Below, piece after piece: positions 22,430 through 35,379 of a DNA stretch of 64,000 nt. Position 1 is the first letter of the stretch. Every line of letters begins with the position of its first letter. Location: assembly GCF_016432865.1 (NCBI RefSeq), contig NC_067402.1, positions 102,982,001 to 103,046,000 on the forward strand. The letters are read 5' to 3'. This DNA comes from Antechinus flavipes. Its lineage: Eukaryota. A program made the translations under genes and the position numbers. The notes beneath the pieces were generated by a model, which worked only from the letters and a program-made list of their open reading frames with translations, ran no database searches and was not told the DNA's origin.

Positions 22430-23015
22430 TCAATGCACGGGGTACTCTGGGACTTGTAGTTGGGAAAGCGTGTCACACGAGGGGCTGTAAATCTCTGCCC
22501 CGGGAGCCACAGATCCTGCGCTTACTCCCACAGTAAGGAGCTTCCCCGGCGAACAGGAGCAGCCAGTCCCCGCTCCGGGGGCGCGCGCTCCTCGCGGGCT
22601 CCAGGTGCACAGCTCCCAGCCGGGGGCTGCAGGACCCCCATAAATAATGGCGGCCCTACCTTGTGATTACCGTGGGCTTTGCCTCCCGCCACGCCGAGCC
22701 CCCCCAAGGCTGACCTCTGCCCCTGCCTTCTGAAGTCCCCCCGGTTCGGCCCTGCCGGGCATTCCAGAAGCACTTGTTGAATGAATAAGAAGATGGAATC
22801 CTCATTGAAATGCATCCTCGAAGCCTTCCATTCAAGGCCGCTGGGCGCCGGGCTCTTTTTGTCCTCCAAAAACGCATTGGAGAGTGTGACTCCCGCCTCG
22901 CCCCCGCCCCCGAACATGTTCCCCAAAGACCCCTAAACAAGAAAACTCCGCCGGCTCCGAGACGGGGCTTTTTTTTTTTTTTTTTAAGGGATGGGGGTTA
23001 TTACGTTGGTCGCAG
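22430..23015. promoter_or_regulatory. CpG island (candidate promoter or enhancer)
   Basis: High GC with many retained CpGs in an otherwise CpG-depleted window. GC box CCCCGCCCCC near 22902-22911. No repeat homology recognised. Confidence 0.7.
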
Positions 23016-23469
23016 CTGGGGGTTGGAATGGGTAGTAACGCTTTACTGGAGTGGGAAGAGAAAAACAAGTAAAGGGGAGGGGTGTGTGTGGGTGTGTGTG
23101 TTTCTATTAATCATGAAGGAATTTAGCACCCTGGAGCTAAGAGATAAAGGGAGAAGAAAATTGTTTTTGAGGGCCTGAATTGTGACTTTGTGACAGTCCT
23201 GGGCCTCCATTTTTCATCTGTAAAATGGGTATAACCAACTGTACCTCCCAGGGATGTTGGGAAGAAGATGCTCTATAAACTTAAAACACAATAAATGTGT
23301 ACCATGGATGAAAGAAAAGGCATTCGACATTTGTAAAAATATACAGAGGAAAACTGAAAGAAGTTTAGCAGGAGATACAAATGCATGAGCTGGTTTTGTT
23401 CCCATCCTGAGGCATTCAATATATGTTTTAAAATTCTGTATAACAGAAATTCATAAATATTAATCAATC

Positions 23470-23960
23470 TCTACACATGTATATATATACACACATATAA
23501 AACATATATGTTATACATGTAGGTATACATCAATAACATGCATATCATACATATATACATAATACAGGTTAGCTGTATACACACATATAACATATATATG
23601 GATATACACATATAAATATATAATATATTCCTCTTTTTTCTTCTTTATATATAACATATATTACATATTCCTCTTTTGTCCTTTATATATATAAAATATA
23701 TATTTCATATGTCAATATTTCATATATTTCTTTCATTTTTATATATAACATAATAAATATCACATGTCCCTTTTTAGTTCTTTGTGTATTGAAATGTTCA
23801 TGTTAAGTTTATTTTCTGTATGTTATAATATATCATATATAGAGTATGATCTCTTTTTATTCTTTATATGTAATATGAGATATGTATCTCTTTTAAAATA
23901 TATAATATGATATGCCTTATATAGAGAGCATCTATTCCCTTTTTGTTCCTTATATATCAA
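23470..23960. repeat. TA-rich degenerate low-complexity region
   Basis: tatata/catata runs and recurring atattcctctttt units. Confidence 0.85.
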
Positions 23961-24029
23961 AATGTTCATGTTTGTTGATTAAATTCATAATAAAAAATAT
24001 AAATTTTTTAACAAGAAAAAGAAAAAAGG

Positions 24030-24760
24030 GAGGAGGAATGAGATCATTGGTAACCTTGGAGAGAGCTGTTTTAATTGAGTTTATGGATAGACTTTGGATC
24101 ACAAGGACTTGAGAAGGAAATGCAGAAGTGGGACATTGGAATTAATAAGTATAGATGATATTTTCTCTTCTAAGGAAGAGAACTATAAAATCATAATCAG
24201 AGAGTAAATAGGATCACATTAAGATTTTTTGGTGGATGGAGGAGGACTAGAAGTGTTTCTCCTGTTTTTCTTTAAAAGCTGGGCTGTGAGTCAGTGGATA
24301 AGAGGCTGAAAAAAGGGAGAATCAACGTGCTAAGCCCTCAGAGGAGCTGGGAGAAGATGGAATCCAGGGCCCAAGTAGAAGAACTGACATTGACAAAGGG
24401 GAGATATACCTTATTTTCTGAGATGAGTGCAAAGAAACAGAGAATGGAATTTAGATGGTGGAATTAGTGAAGGGAGGGAGCTTGGAACATCACAACTTTA
24501 ATCTTCTCAAATGAATCATGAGGTGAAACCTTCTACTGAGAGGGAGTGAGGAGGAATAGCATAAGGAGAATGAGCAAAAAAGAGAAGGCTTGTAACAGAC
24601 TGTGGAGAGCATCATTTAGACAAGTGTAAAATGACTGGCATTTCTCAGGAAAGGTTCATTTGAGGTTGGGTAACACAGATTTGTAGTGAAACCTTTGGTG
24701 GTCTGGTGGTTTTTCAGCAGTATCCTAGAGCACTCCAGAACAAGGCAGAAGGTCAGAGTA
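24030..24760 (-). mobile_element. L2 LINE fragment, degraded
   Basis: gagatcattggtaaccttggagagagctgtttt... is typical antisense L2 text; it recurs at about 58500-58560. Confidence 0.65.
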
Positions 24761-25404
24761 ATCTGGGACATACATTCATATATTCAGGATAAGGGACATT
24801 CAGATAGTTGATTTTTTTGGTTGCCTTGACTAAACTACATTTTTCTACTTTTTTTCCAGGAATGGCTGGCCAGGTAGGGGTTTGGTTCTATATGATTGTA
24901 AGGTTCTTTGTCTCTGTCTCTACCTTTTAGACTTTTCTGGGGGTTTCTTTTAATTTCTTCTGGGGGGGGGTGCTTTCAGGCCCTCTTCACTACTAATGCT
25001 TTCCCTTGAGATTCCAGCCTCTCCCTCACCCTGATCTCCTCCCTATATAGCTTACATGTACCTAGTTGTCTTCCTCATTAGAATGTAAGCTCCTGGAAAT
25101 CAGGAACTGCTTTTTATCTATTTCTGTATCCCCACTACATATCACAATATGTACCACAATAGATGGTACATAGTAAGCACTCAATAAATGTTTTGATCAA
25201 ACAAAATTTAGAAAAAATTCTATAAAAACCTCTTTTAAAAGTTCATGAGTAATAGATGGATAGCCTGAGGGATACAATATTCCTGAGATATTAAAAAAAA
25301 CCCGAGTTAGGCTCCTCTGTTGAGAATATATACAAAGAATGTTTTTGTGTGAGAACATCTGTAGTTAGGGATCTGGTTGGGGCAGGAGGTGGGGAGATGT
25401 GATC

Positions 25405-25570
25405 ATGACATACTTTTGAATTTAATCTGTATTATTGACATTTTTTCATCACTTTTTAACCAACAAGGCAATAAATCAAGCCCTGATTTGTAGTATTTCC
25501 TGATTTCAGAGGGATAGATCTTCCCACTGAAAGAGTTGTAGAACTGGCTTCCTCCAGCATAACCCTGCCG
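25405..25570 (+). mobile_element. hAT-type MITE fragment
   Basis: catcactttt...aataaatcaagccctgatttgtag..tttcctgatttc...cactgaaa...ccagcataaccctg matches the copy at 33560-33830. Confidence 0.6.
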
Positions 25571-27899
25571 GTAGGGGTTTGCTATCTGATTCTTTGGAGG
25601 GAGTGCCCACAGGGACAAAATCACAGATCTGTGAAAATATCCAAATATCAAAGCTGACCTGGGGAAAAAGTAAAACCCCAGTGGACACACAAAAAAGGCT
25701 GACATGGTAAAAATAGCAAGCTGGAGAGGTAGATGTGATCAGAGAATGAACGTAGGGAAACACATATTTGTCAAATCAGATAATGGTGCTCAAATGTTGA
25801 GATACTTGGGGAAATGACCAGTCCTTGGTCTGGAGAGGGAATGGTGGAGTGGAGAGAGTATTGGACTTGGAATTACAATTGCATTTCTGCCATTTAATAT
25901 CTGTGAAAGATTGGAAAAGTCAAGTCATTTCTCTGGCCCTCCATTTTGTTGTCTTTAAATGAGAGTTGGATGAAGTGGAGAGGGGACCCTTCCAGCTCCG
26001 CAATTCCATAAATTCCCAGACTGCTATAGACCAGAAATTCTCCCCTGGAGGTAAGAAGGCTTCTCTGGAAATGAAGTGGAATTACCTCCCCAGAGTTGGC
26101 CAACCACATCCTTATGAAGGCAGAATTCAAAATTTCCAGAAGCTTAGACCATGGATGCTTCCTTTCCCCCCAGGGGAAAAAGTGAAAAGTTCAGGCTTTC
26201 TCACAGTTTTCATGGGAAAATGCCTGATTTTCCTTTTGAGAGACCCACCCTGAGGCGACATTATAATTTAAAATTTACTTTATACATTCATACATCCTTA
26301 TTTCCTGTTTCTTTTCTCTCTCCCTCTCTCTGTATCTCTGTTTCTGCCAGTCTTTCTCTCCCTCTCCTTCTCTCTTTCCCCCTTCTTCTTTTCCTTTCCC
26401 TCTCCCTCCCTCCTCAACAAGTCATATTTGCTTGCTGTTAAAGCCAGGCTTTAGACTTCCATATTTTCACTTTCAGAGAAATTTTATAGTTTTTTTTTTT
26501 TTTTTTATGTTACATTTTCTGATCTGTTTGTCTCTTGTTCTGTGGAGCCAGATGTACCTTTTCTTGGGTTTGGTCCTTGTGCCCTGATTGATATTGTCTG
26601 ATATCTGGTCACTGTGACATTGTTTGGAGAAAGAAGAAAGAAGATTTACCCTGGCATAAAGTGACATAGTTGTCATTGACTGCCATTAGCAAAAAACTGC
26701 CTTACACTGGATTAAAGGGGTTCCTTACAAACTTTAAATAAATGGTGAATTTGAGGGAAAGTTGAAAAAATAAAGACTTTTAAAATACCAAAGCATGTTA
26801 ACTAACTACATAACCTTGTAGTTTAATATGATAATAAGCAGCTGTATTATATTATGCAAATATATGTTAAGTTATTCACAACCTCTCATAATATTCCAAT
26901 AAAAATTCTAGATATGACATTTAGAAAAAATGACATCTTCTGATAATTGTTTTGCTTCATATTTCAGTAGCTACGATTGCCTTTTATCTGTATCTTCTTT
27001 CACCTGTCCTCTCTGCTTTCTTTCTGCCTTTGAAGAATATGTGAATATCTTCTTTGCCAAATCTAATATTGAATCTTTTCTCTTAGTTTTATTCCTCTCC
27101 ACCTTCTTTGGGAAACTGTACCATCAATCCTCTTCTTTCTTTCACATAGTCAACTCTTCTTTCAATATCTCCGGTACTTAACACAGTGCCTAGTACATAG
27201 TAGATNNNNNNNNNNNNNNNNNNNNNNNNNNNNNNNNNNNNNNNNNNNNNNNNNNNNNNNNNNNNNNNNNNNNNNNNNNNNNNNNNNNNNNNNNNNNNNN
27301 NNNNNNNNNNNNNNNNNNNNNNNNNNNNNNNNNNNNNNNNNNNNNNNNNNNNNNNNNNNNACAAATGTGCTCATATCTCCCTTATCCTAAAGTATATCAT
27401 TTCTCCCCCCGGCTATATCTGGAGGAGATATATAGTCTATTTCCTCACTATTTACTGGTATGACTTACATCTGCCCTTTATTGAGTCTGCTAACCCAGTC
27501 CCCTTCCATTTCCTATCTCTCTGACTGTGTACTCCTTGGGTGTGTCTCCCGGGCTTCCACTTGCCCCCTCTCTCTGCTCTGTCCTTTAGAGATCTTGTCT
27601 GCTGATACGCCTTTTCATCTCTTACCTCCATGGAGATAACTCCCAAATCCCATCCTCATCTCTGACTGGCCCAGGTGCAGCTTTCTGGACCAGACCGGAT
27701 TTCTGGCCCTGACGTTCACTGGGAGAGGGACCAGAGGTAACTTCTCTGAATCTAAGTTCCTTTATCTATAAAATGGGAACAATGGACCCAGAGTACCTAT
27801 TTCACAGAGATGTTTTAAGAAAGGTACTTTGAAAACCCTAAAGCTCTCTATGAAGAGTTGTCATCTCTCTGAAATTTCTTTTTAATCTCTCTTATCCTT

Positions 27900-28450
27900 T
27901 CTGTTCCTACTGCTAGTAACCTAGTTTTATTCTCATTTCTTTTCATTGGGATGTAACACTTCAGCTTCTTCATGTCCCTAGACTCATCTCCTCCATCTTC
28001 TAATCTTACCAGATGAATCATTAACACTTATGGCTAGTCATGCTATCTTACTCAAAAACCTTCAATGGCTCCCCATTACCTGTTAAATAAAGTCCAAATT
28101 CCTTATCCCAGCAAGTCCTCTACAATTTAGCTTCAGTCCACCTCTCCTACTTTTTCATGTATAATATTCCCTCTTATTTACCCTATGGTCCAGTCAGGTC
28201 AGATTACTGTCATTTCCCACACATGTTCCATGCTTTCTTGTATTCCTTCCTTTGCCCAGGTCTTTTCCTGCCCTGAGATGCTCCCTCCATTCCTGTCTCT
28301 TCCATCTTATTTTGAAAATTCCACTCCTCCTTCAACACTCACTTTTCCATTAAGTTTTCATTTATCAGTTGCTCTCTCATTTATCCCCAGAGGTAGATGA
28401 TCTTTTTCTCTTTCAGACTCTCACAAGAGTTTGTGCACTTATCATGCTCA
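27900..28450 (+). mobile_element. L2 LINE 3' region
   Basis: ctcaaaaaccttcaatggctccccattacc...aaagtccaaattcctt and tttgcccaggtcttttcctgccctgagatgctcc. Confidence 0.65.
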
Positions 28451-29934
28451 ATTAGGATAACTGGTATATCTGAGCAGGACTACATTTCCCAGAACGCTTG
28501 GGCCCAGACCATGTTTATTTATTAGAGTTGCTTCTGGAATTTCATTGCCAATAAAGTCATGTACTGAAAGCATTGGGGTTTAGGATAAAACATTCCCAGA
28601 AGTTTGGTAGTGAGATGGTACCGTGTTTAGCCTAAAGTAGTCAGGAAGACTTGAATTAAAATCCTGCCTCAAATACTTAGTGACTATATGACATAGGGAA
28701 AGCCACTTAGTATCTTTCAGTCTTAGTTTCCTCATCTGTGAAATGGGGATAATAATATCTCTATCTCAGGGTTATTGTGAGGATAAAATGAAATAATATT
28801 TATAAAGTGCTTCATAAAACCTTAATGTGCTTTATAAAGGCTTGCTCTAAGATGATGTTTTAATGATTTCTGCCAAGGTCATTGACCATATGGCAATATC
28901 TAGAGGGCATCAGAGAATACAGATGTTCAGAAACTCAGAATCTGGAAGTATTCCTGGGGCCCCAAGAAGCAAGAAAAGAAGATATTAACCTTCACAAAAC
29001 TTGGGGGACCAGCTGTCTCTCTAAATGTAGATGTAGGTACTATGTGACTGAAGTCATCCAGCTCTCATTTGAGCTTGAAAACAATTTTACATTTACTTTT
29101 TCAATGTGAAATAATGAGTGTGAAAAGACTTGTTTCCCATGTTAATCCAAGAGAAAGGGCCAAGACGATTCATTTAGGAATGTGTGTTTTATTGTCCAGT
29201 TGCTTTGCGATGCACTTCAGTCTTGATGACACATTTTACCTTTTTTTAATGCTTTTTTTTTTTTTTTTTTTTTTGGTCTGGGCTTGTCAGTATGGTGAAC
29301 AACTTAGTACCTAGACATCAATTGACCTTCAAATTCCTGTCTGTGGGGGAAGGAGGAATATGGCAAATAAATCACCTGAGATAAATTACCAGCAAAAGTC
29401 CCCACAGCCTGAGCTAAAGTCCATGGTATTTCCAGGTAATATTTTATCATATCTATTTCATATCATCTCTCCTACTAGACTGTAGACTCCTTGAGGGCAG
29501 AGATCATGTATTATATTTCTTTATGGCTCTCTCAGAGTGCTCAATAAATAATGGTGAATGAATAAATGGTCTTTGCAACAAATTATTTACTTAGCTGAAG
29601 TCTTTTATAAAAGATTGACTGACTTTCTTATGGTCTAACACAGTGAATTAATTAAATTTCATTGTGCTGTCTTTCCCATGAACCACGGTTCCATTGAAAT
29701 AAAAGTAGGGGATGTCAATCCATTTCAGCTGAAGGTTAGCAATACTTTAATGACATCACAGATTTATAGAAGGTTTGCAAAGTTCTTTTCTCACAACAAT
29801 CCTGTGAGTTATGTAGAGAGAGGATTTTTATTCCCATTTTACAGATAGGGAAAACGAGCCTCCATTTTAACATGGGTTAGATATCAAAGTCAGGCCTGAA
29901 AGTCAGATGGATTCTGAGATTATTTTCTTGCCTC

Positions 29935-30170
29935 CATGCAACTAGGTGGTGCAATGGAAGGTGAAAGAATCCCGAAGTTGGAAAAATTCATCTCCATGAG
30001 TTCGAACCTGATCTCAGACACCTAACCAGCTGTAACCCTGGGCAAGGAGTTTAACCCTACCTGCCTCAGTTCCTCATCTGTAAAAGGAGCTGGAGAAGTC
30101 CCTGACTCAGTCACTCCCGAATCCTTGCCAAGAAAACCCCAAAAGGGATCAGGACGAGTGGGACAATAAC
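29935..30170 (+). mobile_element. MAR1-like marsupial SINE (CORE with RTE-like tail)
   Basis: Head gcaactaggtggtgcaatgga, core cctcagttcctcatctgtaaa, tail ttgccaagaaaaccccaaa. Confidence 0.75.
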
Positions 30171-31484
30171 AGGCCGTGTTTTCTAGAATGATGATTTCTA
30201 AAATTACTTTATTGTATTCAGGGCCTGATAATTCAACTGAAAAAGCTAGAAGGCAAACACTGTGATTTTTTTCGAGCAGGTTTCTGAGTACGGGGAGGGG
30301 TGGGATTTATTTGTTTGACATCTGGGGGCGAGTGCCCAAGGGTCTGCCGTCAGCGGGGGAGGGTCTGTGTAACGTGCACACCTTTGGCCTGAGGAGGGAG
30401 CCAAAGGGTTTCTGGCCTGTGGCTGTCTGGCCAGTGCAATCCTCTGAACATTTATTAGGAGAAATCATCAAGTTTTGGAAAAAAAAAAATCATGTCATCA
30501 TGGAGTTTTCAGTATGCTAAGAAGCTAAGACAAAAGCCGATGGCTGATAAGTAGGAGCTGTATTCTAGTCCCAGATTTGCTCTCTGTTACTAGTGTGACT
30601 TCCCAGCAGGTGACTTAACCCTCAGTGCCTCAGTTTCCTCATTTGTCAATTGGGAATTGGACTCAAAGTCTATAACTAGTCTCTTTAAGCTCTAATCCCA
30701 AGATTTTAAAATTACATTCTAAAGGGAAAGAGAAGGTGGGCACTGTGCTTTATCAATATTATTAGCATTTTATCAATATGATCTCATTTGATCCTCACAA
30801 CAATCCGGTGAGGCAAGTGCTGTTATTATTTCTATTTTTACAGCAGTCAGCGATTAAGTGACTTTCCCCATGGTCACACAGCCAGTAAGTGTCTAAGGAC
30901 ATATTTGAACCTGGTCTTTTTGACTTCAGGATCAATGCTCTATTCCCTCTGCCAATTACTTAGCTACTTCTATGGCTAAAGAGGACGTGTCTGTGTCTGT
31001 GTGTATGTATTTGTGAGTTGGGAGAGAGGGAAAGGAAAAAAGAGAGGGAGAAGAGAAGAGGGAGAAAGGAAGAAGAGGAGTGACAGAGAGAGACGAGAGA
31101 AGATGAGAGAAAAGGAGAGAGAGAAGAATAAAGCAGAATACTTGGCCTGGGAACTATTCCCTTAAGTAATTTTTCTCAATGAAGAAATCTACTTTGTTCT
31201 GGTCAGTTGTCCCAGAACACAATATTATCAGCTTTTTCAGCTGTCTTAAAATTTTTAGATATTTAAAATTTCTTTTCTCTTTAAGTATCCTTCCTCCTCT
31301 TAGTCAGAGGTTTTATTTTTATTTTACTATTTTGTCATTTTATTTTTTTACATTTTATCTTTTTCTATTTATTCATTTTATTGAAGTATCGATTGACAAA
31401 ATTATCTTATTATTTTCACCATCTACTTCCTTCATATTTCTTCTCAGTCTTATCTCGATATTTCATACTGGCATGGAGATGACT

Positions 31485-31775
31485 TTCCATTTAAAAAACA
31501 TAGCTTTTTATTTCAAAATATATGCAAATACAGTTTTTATCATTCACCCTTTCAAAACCTTGTGTTCCAAATTTTTTCTCTCCCTTCCTCCCACCCCCTC
31601 TCGTAGATAGCAAGTAATCCAATATATGTTCAACATGTGCAGTTCTCTATACATATACATATACATACATACATACATATAGTACTTCTATACATATTTC
31701 CACAATTATCATGCTGCACAGGAAAAATCAGATCAAAAAGGGAAAAAATGAGAAAGAAGACAACAGAAAAGGTGA
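31485..31775 (-). mobile_element. L1 3'UTR fragment, antisense
   Basis: Reverse complement of the 3'UTR text at 32690-32890. Similar pieces at about 44350-44530 and 60710-60860. Confidence 0.85.
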
Positions 31776-32410
31776 TCCACACTCAGTCCTCACAGTCCTC
31801 GGCCCTCCATTTTTGAAGGCTGTGCCAGTTAGAAGAATGCAAGACTTTGAGCACAGGCCTGGTAACAGACTTGCATTAGAAGCTTCAGTTTTGCTAAATG
31901 GACTCATCATCATAACTTTGGTCACTAGGCAATTTAATGAAAACCATTTGTCTCACAGAATCCTAGAATTAAAGCTGCAGGGCATCTCAGAGGCCCTTGG
32001 ATTCAACCCTCTCAAAAAGCTTAGAGAGATTTAATGATTTAGATAAGTGTAAGTATCAAAGGTGGGATTTGAATCCATGTCCTTTGACTTCAAATGCAGT
32101 CTTTTCCTTTTGCCTCTGGGGTTAGACCTTACTGCTGTTCCTTTGGTGACATCCATAGTATGGATAGAGTAGTTTATTTTGATTATTGAAGCATATACTT
32201 GCTTTACAACTATTATTGGGAGTTATGCTAATAAATATATGTGGGGATATATATAAAACTAAAGAGATGTATACAAATGAAATTAGTTTCTCTGAGTCCT
32301 CTGTTTTTATTTTATATATATATATAAGTAGTCTGGGGTAGTGGCTAAAAAGCTAGTTTTCCAATCAGAAAGATTCAGGCTCCAAGATTTCCTCTGATAT
32401 TGGCTGCTGG

Positions 32411-32904
32411 GATGATTTCAGAAAGGTCTGGAGAGATTTACATGAGCTGCTGCTGAGTGAAGGGAGTAGAACCTGGAGATCATTGTACACAGAAACTAGA
32501 TTATACGATGATCAATTCTGACAGACGTGGCTCTTTCCAACAAAAAAGTGATTCAGGCCAGTCCCAGTGGTCTTGTGATAAAGAGAGCCATTTGAATCCA
32601 GAGGGAGGTCTGGGAAGGCTGAGTGTGGACCACAACAGCATTTCCACCTTTTTAGTGTTGTTTGCTTGCATTTTGTTTTCTTTTTTTCCTTTTTGATCTG
32701 ATTTTTCTTGCACAACATGATAATTGTGGAAATATGTAGAGAAGAATTGCACATGTTTAACCTACATTGGATTACTTACTGTCTGGGGAGGGGATGGGGG
32801 AAAGGGAGGAAAAAAATTTGGAACACAAGGTTTTGCAAGGGTGAACGTTGAAAATTATCATGTATATGTTTTGAAAATAAAAAAAAGCTTTAATTAAAAA
32901 AAAA
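32411..32904 (+). mobile_element. 5'-truncated L1 3' end with a 15-bp TSD
   Basis: TSD GATATTGGCTGCTGG at 32396-32410 and 32905-32919; A-rich tail. Confidence 0.93.
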
Positions 32905-33257
32905 GATATTGGCTGCTGGATAGTGTCACCATTATACCCTGTCACCATTGCTGATCTGCATCAGTAGGAGATATTTTCTCATCAGGAAGTTCCTTAGAGA
33001 GCCCTAGAAGGCATTTCCTCACCAAGATTTCACTAGAAGTCAGAGGTAGGGAACCCCTGGTCATCTCTTCTCCCATCAATTGTTATTATTTTAATTAAAG
33101 ATTAGAAGATATCAATATTAAGGGGCATCCTGGTGGATAGTTTATTCTCTAAAGGATTGTTAACTAAAAACTGATTTTCTATTCTACTGGGATCCTTTAG
33201 CATCCACAAATAGCTCTCCTGCTCTAGTCCAAAATAATTCCTTTGGCCTAATTAAAG

Positions 33258-33530
33258 GGATAGCTAGGTAGTGACACAGGGCACAGAATGCTAGCCCTGG
33301 AGTCTGGAAGGCTCATCTTCCCGAGTTCAAATCTAGCCTCAGACACTTATCAGCTGTATGACCTTGTGCAAGTCACTTAACCCTATTTGCCTTGGTTTCC
33401 TCATCTGAAAATTATCAGGAGAAGGAAATGGCCACCCATTCTAATATCTTTTTCAAGAAAACCCCAAATGAGATCACAAAGAGTCAGACATCTCTGTAGA
33501 GTTCAACACAACTGAAAAAATAACTAAACA
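33258..33530 (+). mobile_element. MAR1-like SINE
   Basis: gatagctaggtagtg...gagttcaaatctagcctcagacactt...ggagaaggaaatggcc...aagaaaaccccaaat. Confidence 0.8.
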
Positions 33531-33559
33531 AACAGCCTCTTTCCTAGCCCAATACCAAA

Positions 33560-33830
33560 ATCATTATTTCTGGTAACCTAGGAGAATTATAGCGAGGGGA
33601 ATATTGAAAAATGTTTAACAACCTATCATCTGAAAAATATACAAGACAACTTTAAAGTTTATTATGCATTGCTAATATTTTCTCCATCACTTTCTTAAAT
33701 CTTAGATAATGAAATAATAAATTAATTACTGATTTGTAGCCTTTTCTGATTTCCAAGGTGTAGCTACTCACTCTGAAAATTTAATAATCATCTAAGAGCC
33801 CACTGGATCTTGCTTCAGCATACCTCTGGT
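33560..33830 (+). mobile_element. hAT-type MITE
   Basis: aaatgtttaacaacc...ttttctccatcactttcttaa...ctgatttgtagcc...ctgaaaatttaa...cagcatacctctg. Confidence 0.6.
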
Positions 33831-34150
33831 TATAGGTTAAAATCTGCCCTCCTTTCCTCAAAGTTAGCTATGAGGTCAGGACCAAAGATAACTCAGGAGA
33901 GCTATTCAGTATGTCATTATATCTACGACCATTAGTATTTATTAAATACCTGATACAAACCAGGTATGTATTGTGTATTTGGGATATGAATGAAAACAAA
34001 AACCCCACAGTCTGTTTTCAAGGAATTCACAATTGAATAGAGGAGATAATACACAAACAACTATGTACATGTTAGTTACATAAAGCCCAGCTTCTTGAAC
34101 TATGATTCCCAACCCCACTGAATGTGGGGGTCAAGAAATTATGATTTGTT

Positions 34151-34931
34151 GGAATTATGTCCAAAAAATTATCAAATTGTGCATACCCTTTGATCCAGCA
34201 GTGTTTCTATTGGGCTTATATCCCAAAGAAATACTAAAGAAGGGAAAGGGACTTGTATGTGCCAAAATGTTTGTAGCAGCCCTGTTTGTAGTGGCTAGAA
34301 ACTGGAAAATGAATGGATGCCCATCAATTGGAGAATGGCTGGGGAAATTGTGGTATATGAATGTTATGGAATATTATTGTTCTGTAAGAAATGACCAGCA
34401 GGATGAATACAGAGAGGATTGGCGAGACTTATATGAACTGATGCTAAGTGAAATGAGCAGAACCAGGAGATCATTATACACTTCGACAACGATATTGTAT
34501 GAGGACATATTTTGATGGAAGTGGATTTCTTTGACAAAGAGACCTAATTGAGTTTCAATTGATAAATGACGGACAAAAGCAGCTACACCCAAAGAAAGAA
34601 CACTGGGAAACGAATGTGAACTATCTGCATTTTTGTTTTTCTTCCCGGGTTATTTATACCTTCTGAATCCAATTCTCCCTATGCAACAAGAGAACTGTTC
34701 CGTTCTGCAAACATATTGTATCTAGGATATACTGCAACATATCCAACATATAAAGGACAGCTTGCCATCTAGGGAAGGGGGTGGAGGGAGGGAGGGGAAA
34801 AAAAAAATTGGAACAGAGATTCTATTGTTTGAGTTTCTCTATTTGCAATGTGCATATTTTGTAATTTTTATTTTGTATTTTGCATATATATAAAATATGC
34901 ATATTTTGTAAAAAATAAAAATTAAAAAAAA
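34151..34931 (+). mobile_element. Young 5'-truncated L1 with an 18-bp TSD and a non-L1 3' tail, inserted into a hAT-like MITE (about 34085-35050)
   Basis: ORF2 C-terminus (KLCIPFDPAVFLLGLYPKE...), closely similar to the 18890-19841 copy. TSD AAGAAATTATGATTTGTT at 34133-34150 and 34932-34949. An uninterrupted relative of the host MITE lies at 46141-46325. Confidence 0.94.
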
Positions 34932-35379
34932 AAGAAATTATGATTTGTTATCAGTAAATGTTTGATTTGTGGACCTATTTTAATTGCCTATGTAGCCAGG
35001 GTCATTCTTGGGTGAAAAGGGGTTGTGAGTGGAAAAAATTGACAAAGTTTAAGAAGCCCTAATATACAGAATAAATTGTAGATAATTTCCAAGGGAAGGC
35101 ATTAAAGTTAAGGAAGACAGTGAAAGGCTTCTTGCAGAAGGTAGGACATTAGCTGAGACAAGAAGGAAGAAAGGAGTGAGAAGTAAAGAGGGAGAGAGTT
35201 CCAGTAACAGGATATTTTTAATCTGAAAGGTAAAATCCATGTTCTTTAACCTCTATAACTAGATAACATTAATGAAGCCACAGAATCATCCTAAATATTG
35301 AATTTTGAACTTCAGAAAGTTGTAGGTGGGAAGTCATACTCAGGAATTCCCTCCCTCCCTGCCCAATCACTTTATAGAT

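Noticed and set aside
25403-25763. Protein-like minus-strand ORFs (ANPYRQGYAGGSQFYNSF...)
   Set aside because: Much of the span is a MITE also present at 33560-33830.
33258-33350. tRNA-like A/B boxes here and in other SINE heads
   Set aside because: They continue into CORE-SINE bodies and lack a cloverleaf and CCA-stem end, so they are not tRNA genes.
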